Assembly (NCBI GenBank): GCA_964012805.1
Contig: CAXGUD010000001.1
Location: 208,731-272,730 of the forward strand
Direction of reading: 5' to 3'
Origin: an uncultured Bacteriovoracaceae bacterium
GTDB lineage: Bacteria; Bdellovibrionota; Bacteriovoracia; Bacteriovoracales; Bacteriovoracaceae
Length of the DNA: 64,000 nucleotides
This document shows positions 58,370 to 64,000 of this stretch, piece by piece. The notes under the pieces were generated by a model. That model was not told where the DNA came from and made no database searches. It worked only from the letters and a program-made list of their open reading frames with translations. Made by a program: the position numbers and the translations under genes. How positions within the stretch are numbered: position 1 is the stretch's first letter; each line of letters begins with the position of its first letter.

Positions 58370-61300
58370 ATGGGAATTGTTCGATATTTTGTTAAAAAAC
58401 CTCTAGTTGCCATTTTAGCGAGTATCCTTCTTGCATTTGCTGGCATTACATCCGTCATTCAACTAAAAAGAAGCACTTTCCCTGCCGTAGAATTTTTAGT
58501 TTTTACGTTGAATACTCCTTACTATGGCGCTTCGCCTGATGAAATTGAAATAAATGTCACAAATAAAATTGAAGAGAAGCTTAAGAGTATTGAAGGAATT
58601 GATAGAACCATTTCCTGGTCCTCAGAAAACCACTCTGGAGTGGTTGTTTGGGTAGACCTCGATTATCCAGACCCTGACGAAGTGCAAAAAAATATTTTAT
58701 CGGCCGTTGAAAGGATTTCGGATTTCCCTGAGGGGGTTGGAAAAACCTTTATTGATGAATTTAAAACATCCAACCTACCCGTCATTGGTGTTGGTGTAAC
58801 AGGTGGCGATGAAGGTGATAGAAGAAGAATTGCCAAGGTCATCGAAGATAAAATTAGAAATATAAAAGGTGTTTCAAATGTAACTATGGAGGGTGACAGA
58901 GAGAGAGAAATAAAAATAGAAGTCGATTTAAAAAAGCTAAAGCAAAAAAAGATTTCCGTTATAGAAATAGCTGATGCACTAAAAAGAAGAAATATTAAAA
59001 TATCAAGCGGGGATTATAATAAAGGAGGAAAAACCAAAAAGATCGTTACTTTTTCAGAGTTTAGAAGCCTGGAAGAAATCAAGAATTTGGCCATAAGGTC
59101 AAACTTTACTGGAAGAAGGACTCTTCTCAAGGATGTGGCAAAAGTCACAGATGATTATGAAGACCCAAAAATCCTGGTAAGAAGTGAAGATAAACCAGGC
59201 ATTGAAATCAAAGTAAGAAGCCACGGTAGGGCAGATATTATAGATGTCAGCCATAGCATTCAAAAAATGATCAAAGACTTTAATAAGCAAAAAAATTCAA
59301 GTGGTGTCAAGCTAAGCATCACGATGGAAACTTCTCAATATACAGAAAGAATGCTTAAAATTACAAAAAATAACGGTTACCTTGGTCTTGGGCTTGTTTT
59401 TATTACGCTACTCATTTTCCTCACGACAAGGGTAGCCGTATGGACAACTATTGGGCTTCCCGTGGCGATCTTTGGGGCCATGTCCCTGTTTAAGTTTTTT
59501 GGCATCAATATCAATATTATGACTCTCATTAGTATGATTTTAGTTTTGGGTCTTTTGGTTGATGATGCCTTGGTTGTAGCAGAAAATATTACACGTCATC
59601 GAGAAATGGGAAAAAATAGATTAAACGCTTCTTTAGATGGCGTAAGAGAAATGTTTTGGCCTGTCACGACAACTGTTATCACAACAATCCTAAGCTTTAC
59701 TCCTATGTTTTATCTTTCTGGGGACCTTGGAGAAATGGTAAAGGTCGTGCCAATGGTCGTCATCTTAACCCTCGCCTTTTCTCTTTTTGAGTGTACGTGC
59801 CTTTTACCGGCCCATATTGGAAGAAGAAATGCAACGAGCGAAAAGGAAGACCCGGGGGTTAAAGAGCCAAAGTGGTGGACCAAAATAAAAAACTCTTATC
59901 AAAAAATTTTGGTGAAATTTTTAAGTCATAAATTTTTAACCCTCCTTTTCTTTATTGGACTCTTAAGTTCCTCCCTTTTTCTTTTTCAAAAAAAGATGAA
60001 GATTGTCCTTTTTCCGACACAAGATGCGAATCAGATCACTGTCGTTGGACATTTTCCAAGAGGCACGACGATTGAAACAACAATGGAGAAAATGCATACT
60101 GTTGAAAAAAAATTAAAGGAAGTAACGGGAAAGGCACTTCAAACCTCCTATAGTCTAGCAGGACATGCTAATTGGAATATCTACAGTGGAGTAAGTGAGG
60201 GTGGTAATGATCATGATGGAATGGTTATACTAAATCTTAAACACTCTTCCCAAAGGAAAAAGACAAGTGAAGCCGTCTTAGAGGAAATTAGGAACCTCCT
60301 TAAAGAATTGAAGAAAATACATGGCTTTAACCACCTTTACGCTTTCATTAATACAGGGGCCCCAGGCTCAGGAAGGGCCATTAACATAAGCCTTATAAGT
60401 AAAAATGATGAGCTTAGAAATAAAATGGCCCAAGAAGTTTATGACTTCTTTGACGACATGAAAGGAATTAAAAACCTCGATAAAGACTTTAGGGAGGGAA
60501 AAACTAAAGTCCGGGTTATTCCCGACTATGAAAAGATTTACAGGCTAGGTATCTCTCCCGACACTATCGCTAGTGGGCTTGGCATCGTTTTTGGGGGTCT
60601 CAACACAACTAAAATTCACAGGGACGGAGAAGACATTGATTTAAAACTAACTGTTAATAAAAAAGACTTTCAAGATGAAAAAGACATCTTCTCTTATATT
60701 CAAATTCCCAATAAAAGAGGCTCACTATTAGACTTGAATACCTTCATTAAGACAGAAAACGTGAAAGGTTACGATTATATTATTCATTTCAAAGGAAGCC
60801 GAGCAACAACGATAACAGCTGATACGGATAATAAAATTATAACCTCTCTTGAGGCGAATAACCTTTTTAGAGAAAGGTTTAAAAAGATTATTGAAGAAAA
60901 CCCCGAAATCAGTATGGAAATAGGAGGCGAAGATAAGGCAACCCAAAGAAGCATTGAGGATTTTCAAACAGCGATACCCTTTGCCATTTTGTGTGTGTAT
61001 TTTGTATTAGTCCTCCTCTTTGATTCTGTGGTTCAACCCCTCATTATATTGGCAGCGATTCCTTTCGCCATCGCTGGCGTTATTTATACTTTCTTTTTCT
61101 GGGGCATGAATATTAGCTTCTTTGCTGGCATTGGGCTTTTGGGACTTATTGGAATTGTTGTGAACGACTCCCTCATTATGGTGTCACACTTAAATAACCT
61201 CTCCAAAGATAAGGAGATAACCTTAGACATAATTGTTCAAGGCTCAACCGATAGATTAAGGGCCGTTCTCTTAACGACAATTACAACAGTTGCGGGCATG

Positions 61301-61450
61301 ACTCCTACTATTTTTGGTTTTGGGGGGAGTGAACCTTACCTAGTTCCTTTGGTTCTTGCCGTTGCGGGAGGACTTGTTTTTGCAACCACGATTACTTTGA
61401 TTTTAGTACCCGCTCTCTATTCATTTCGGATAAAAAAGGCCAAAACTTAG
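58370..61450 (+). CDS. AcrB/AcrD/AcrF-family RND transporter
   Basis: 'GASPDEIE..VT..IEE', 'LGLLVDDALVVAENI', 'GIVVNDSL', 'RLRAVLLTTITT..G..P'. Likely ATG 58370. Confidence 0.93.
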   Translation: MGIVRYFVKKPLVAILASILLAFAGITSVIQLKRSTFPAVEFLVFTLNTPYYGASPDEIEINVTNKIEEKLKSIEGIDRTISWSSENHSGVVVWVDLDYPDPDEVQKNILSAVERISDFPEGVGKTFIDEFKTSNLPVIGVGVTGGDEGDRRRIAKVIEDKIRNIKGVSNVTMEGDREREIKIEVDLKKLKQKKISVIEIADALKRRNIKISSGDYNKGGKTKKIVTFSEFRSLEEIKNLAIRSNFTGRRTLLKDVAKVTDDYEDPKILVRSEDKPGIEIKVRSHGRADIIDVSHSIQKMIKDFNKQKNSSGVKLSITMETSQYTERMLKITKNNGYLGLGLVFITLLIFLTTRVAVWTTIGLPVAIFGAMSLFKFFGININIMTLISMILVLGLLVDDALVVAENITRHREMGKNRLNASLDGVREMFWPVTTTVITTILSFTPMFYLSGDLGEMVKVVPMVVILTLAFSLFECTCLLPAHIGRRNATSEKEDPGVKEPKWWTKIKNSYQKILVKFLSHKFLTLLFFIGLLSSSLFLFQKKMKIVLFPTQDANQITVVGHFPRGTTIETTMEKMHTVEKKLKEVTGKALQTSYSLAGHANWNIYSGVSEGGNDHDGMVILNLKHSSQRKKTSEAVLEEIRNLLKELKKIHGFNHLYAFINTGAPGSGRAINISLISKNDELRNKMAQEVYDFFDDMKGIKNLDKDFREGKTKVRVIPDYEKIYRLGISPDTIASGLGIVFGGLNTTKIHRDGEDIDLKLTVNKKDFQDEKDIFSYIQIPNKRGSLLDLNTFIKTENVKGYDYIIHFKGSRATTITADTDNKIITSLEANNLFRERFKKIIEENPEISMEIGGEDKATQRSIEDFQTAIPFAILCVYFVLVLLFDSVVQPLIILAAIPFAIAGVIYTFFFWGMNISFFAGIGLLGLIGIVVNDSLIMVSHLNNLSKDKEITLDIIVQGSTDRLRAVLLTTITTVAGMTPTIFGFGGSEPYLVPLVLAVAGGLVFATTITLILVPALYSFRIKKAKT

Positions 61451-61459
61451 AAGAAATGA

Positions 61460-62257
61460 CTAGGAGCTCGCTTCCAAAAAGATCTCGTCTAAATTTAGGC
61501 CCTTTTCATTTTCTTTGAGGCATAGATAGAGGCTTGTTAAGCAAAGGCCAAGAATAATAAAATTAGAATCGAGCTTTATCTTGTACTTTATGATGAAGGA
61601 GGTCATCTTTTCCATAGTTAAAGCCAGGTGGCTTAAAGTAAATTTATAGTCCTTTGTGTTCATACCAAAATGCTTATCTACAATACTAAAAAGTTCTTCA
61701 TGCTTTTTTATCTCTCTGTCCCTTTCTTCTTGCTGAGAAATATCTGCCAATTCATTCAAAAGCCCCATCTTAATAAGACCTTTTGTAGAAAGTGATTGAT
61801 TCTCTTCATAAAGACCTGTGTAAAGTTCAACAAGTCCTTTTCTAAATCTCTCATCTAGTACAACACCACTTTCAAAACCCTTTAAGGGCTTCCAAAAAAA
61901 TAAATCAGATGAATCGGAAGTGTAAAAAAAACTTTCTAAAAAGTGAAAATAAAGAGGTCCACCCTTAAAGAACTGAGTAAAATAGAGTTTCACAAGTTTA
62001 CGATAAAAGAGTTCACGCTCTTCTCGACTTAGTGCCTCTAAATTCAAAGGCTCCAGGTCATTCTTTTTATTGATCAAAAACAAAAAGTCTTCAGTTTTAA
62101 AATTATTTTCAAAAGTTAAATAGCGGGTCTTTTCAAAAGCTCTTTTTCCAATTTTAAAAAAAGAAAACAATAATTCCTGCCAATTAAGACAAAATAAAAG
62201 TTTTGGAGAAAAGCTTTTCAAAATTTCTCGGATGAACTTTATTTCATCATTAGACAT
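61460..62257 (-). CDS. hypothetical protein (possible degenerate ABC1/UbiB-like C-terminal fold)
   Basis: 'LYFTQFF.GG', 'YKIKLDSNFIILG..L..LY'; AAGGA RBS. Confidence 0.5.
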   Translation of the reverse strand: MSNDEIKFIREILKSFSPKLLFCLNWQELLFSFFKIGKRAFEKTRYLTFENNFKTEDFLFLINKKNDLEPLNLEALSREERELFYRKLVKLYFTQFFKGGPLYFHFLESFFYTSDSSDLFFWKPLKGFESGVVLDERFRKGLVELYTGLYEENQSLSTKGLIKMGLLNELADISQQEERDREIKKHEELFSIVDKHFGMNTKDYKFTLSHLALTMEKMTSFIIKYKIKLDSNFIILGLCLTSLYLCLKENEKGLNLDEIFLEASS

Positions 62258-62337
62258 TTCTTGTTCCTTCTTATTTCTTGTTCTAATCGCCTTTTAGTTT
62301 TTTTGATTTTATCATAATATGTCGCAAAGGAGAGAGT

Positions 62338-63042
62338 ATGAAAAACTTTATTTTTATAGGTGGAAGCTACGGCATAGGTTTATCTTCAATTAATCACATA
62401 ATGTCTAAGAAAGATCAATCAGATATCAAGATTCATGTTTACTCAAGATCATCGGATAATCTAAATTCATTAGAAGGAAACGTTATTCACACTCCTTTTG
62501 ATATTTCAAAAGATGAATTTGACACAACTCATTTACCAGAAACTGTAGATGGATTTGTTTACCTTCCAGGTTCCATTAAGCTTAAGCCCTTTCACACACT
62601 TAAACCCGAAGACTTCATGGAAGATTACAAAATCAACTTTTTAAATATGGTCTCGATTTTAAAAAAACTCATTCCCTCACTCAAAAAATCACCCAACTTA
62701 CCATGCGTTGTTCTTTTTAGCAGTGTCGTGATTAAAAAGGGTATGCCTTTTCATTCCCTTGTTGCTGCATCCAAAGGGGCGATTGAAGGCTTTGTCAAAA
62801 ATATGGCAGTGGAATACGCCCCAAAGATTAGATTCAATTGTATTGCTCCTTCTCTGACAAACACCCCTCTTGCGAAGTCCATTACATCAAATCCCAAAAT
62901 GCTTGAAACATCTATAAGCAAACACCCACTAAAAAGAATCGGAGAACCCGAAGATATTGGTAAACTCGTTTCTTACTTGCTTCTAGAGGACTCTTTTATG
63001 ACCGGTCAGATTTTTCACACTGACGGAGGAATGTCCGTTTAA
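62338..63042 (+). CDS. short-chain dehydrogenase/reductase (atypical)
   Basis: 'GGSYGIG', 'NCIAPSLTNTPL', 'HPLKRIGEPEDI', 'TGQ...DGG'. Confidence 0.9.
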   Translation: MKNFIFIGGSYGIGLSSINHIMSKKDQSDIKIHVYSRSSDNLNSLEGNVIHTPFDISKDEFDTTHLPETVDGFVYLPGSIKLKPFHTLKPEDFMEDYKINFLNMVSILKKLIPSLKKSPNLPCVVLFSSVVIKKGMPFHSLVAASKGAIEGFVKNMAVEYAPKIRFNCIAPSLTNTPLAKSITSNPKMLETSISKHPLKRIGEPEDIGKLVSYLLLEDSFMTGQIFHTDGGMSV

Positions 63043-63194
63043 GTTTTTAAGAAACACCGGCATAACTAAATTAAAAAAGAATCATTTACACGCTAAGCGC
63101 ATTATTTTTTTATATTTGCTTCTAGATTCCCTTTGAAGTTTTTGTTAAGCAGTAAAAAAACTTAACTCAATGCCAATTTTATATGGGAGCAAAA

Positions 63195-64000
63195 ATGAAA
63201 AAAGCGATAGCTACGCTTTGCGCAATAATAAATTTAATCACAGGGTGTAACAACAGTGATGATAATAACGATGTTTGGAAGCAAGCTTACGAAGAAAAGA
63301 AATTTGAAACAGAAATGACTAACAAAGCCAAGGACTTCATAGAGTGGTTCTATGAAGTTGGTAAAAAGTCGGCCGAGGAGCAAGACGAAGATAGTACATT
63401 TTTTGACAGGTTCAAATTAGATTTTGTCCGCCTTGGAAATGAAAACAAAAATTATGGCGTTTTTAGCTCAAAGGTTTTGGATGAAGAAGGAGATACAAAA
63501 GACCATACATTTATGGCCATTAACTTAACTGAATGGGACCCTTCAATGCCATTCCAACCAGATTCAGAAAGTGGCCCTTTTAAAGACGTTACTATATTTG
63601 GGGATTTAACAAGAACAAAAGATGGCATGGGGTTTATTTGCGGTGAAGACTGTTATGCATTAGGCCCTAATGCTGAACTTCACAACGGACTTATTTTTGA
63701 AGAAGCCACTCCTACAAGTAAAGACCTTGAAAAACTTGCTGCCATTAAAGAATCTTTAAAAGCTAACCGTGCCTCAAAGGCGATTTCTTCTTTTTACGGC
63801 CTAAGTGAGGAAAGATCTTTTCAACTTTCTAAAACTATTTTGTCATGGAAAAAAGTCTCTAATCAAAGGGCCATGACAAAAAGAGACCTTGATCACCTCA
63901 CAGTTGAGTTTGCGGGTATTAAGGCCTCTGAAATTGTTGAGTCTTTTAAAGACTTGGCAAAAGGTGATGAAGCTCGTTTTAATAACCTTATTGAAAGAGC
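63195..64000 (+). CDS. lipoprotein, N-terminal part; runs off the window's right edge
   Basis: Not in ORF track. GGAG then ATG 63195: MKKAIATLCAIINLITGCNNSDD... (lipobox ITGC); open to the end, containing 'LIFEE...SKDLEKLAA', 'YGLSEERS'. Confidence 0.75.
   Translation, partial: MKKAIATLCAIINLITGCNNSDDNNDVWKQAYEEKKFETEMTNKAKDFIEWFYEVGKKSAEEQDEDSTFFDRFKLDFVRLGNENKNYGVFSSKVLDEEGDTKDHTFMAINLTEWDPSMPFQPDSESGPFKDVTIFGDLTRTKDGMGFICGEDCYALGPNAELHNGLIFEEATPTSKDLEKLAAIKESLKANRASKAISSFYGLSEERSFQLSKTILSWKKVSNQRAMTKRDLDHLTVEFAGIKASEIVESFKDLAKGDEARFNNLIER

Noticed and set aside
1378..60967. Numerous short ORFs in the track that are antisense or out of frame to known genes (e.g. 1378-1818, 11785-12063, 18578-18982, 27963-28238, 34438-34704, 39413-39838, 59099-59290)
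   Set aside because: They lie within well-supported genes, lack RBS or motifs, and read as shadow ORFs
1..64000. CRISPR arrays, tRNA/rRNA, IS elements, prophage, defence islands
   Set aside because: No regularly spaced repeats, structural-RNA signatures or transposase/integrase/phage structural motifs seen by eye; intergenic gaps are short

Overview
AT-rich (roughly one-third GC by eye), gene-dense bacterial chromosomal segment with about 60 CDSs. I saw no rRNA, tRNA, CRISPR array, transposase or integrase. The gene content suggests a Bdellovibrionota predator (Bacteriovoracaceae/Halobacteriovorax-like); this is inference, based on many secreted orphan proteins, a secreted papain-like protease, an SLT, OmpL47-type repeat proteins, stand-alone CheX/HAMP/cNMP-binding proteins and a PilZ fusion. 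Housekeeping genes include ligA, a DEAD-box helicase, deoC, typA, recQ, rluE, a RoxA-like hydroxylase and rarD. Transport loci include MMPL/MlaC/TolC, lemA-TPM-TPM, a polar amino-acid ABC operon, an osmoprotectant-type ABC pair, an SMR pump and an RND pump. Most notable signals: (1) two genes whose conserved N-termini can only be translated from non-canonical AUU/AUA starts placed at normal spacing behind Shine-Dalgarno motifs, plus a weaker AUC case; (2) a dispersed set of sigma28/FliA-like promoters in front of non-flagellar envelope, secreted and signalling genes; (3) a secreted CD39/GDA1-type NTPDase with all five apyrase motifs and a structured leader; (4) a DoxX-PilZ fusion with intact c-di-GMP motifs; (5) an MMPL/MlaC/TolC module with no adaptor gene in view. 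All assignments come from motif recognition by eye; no database searches were run.
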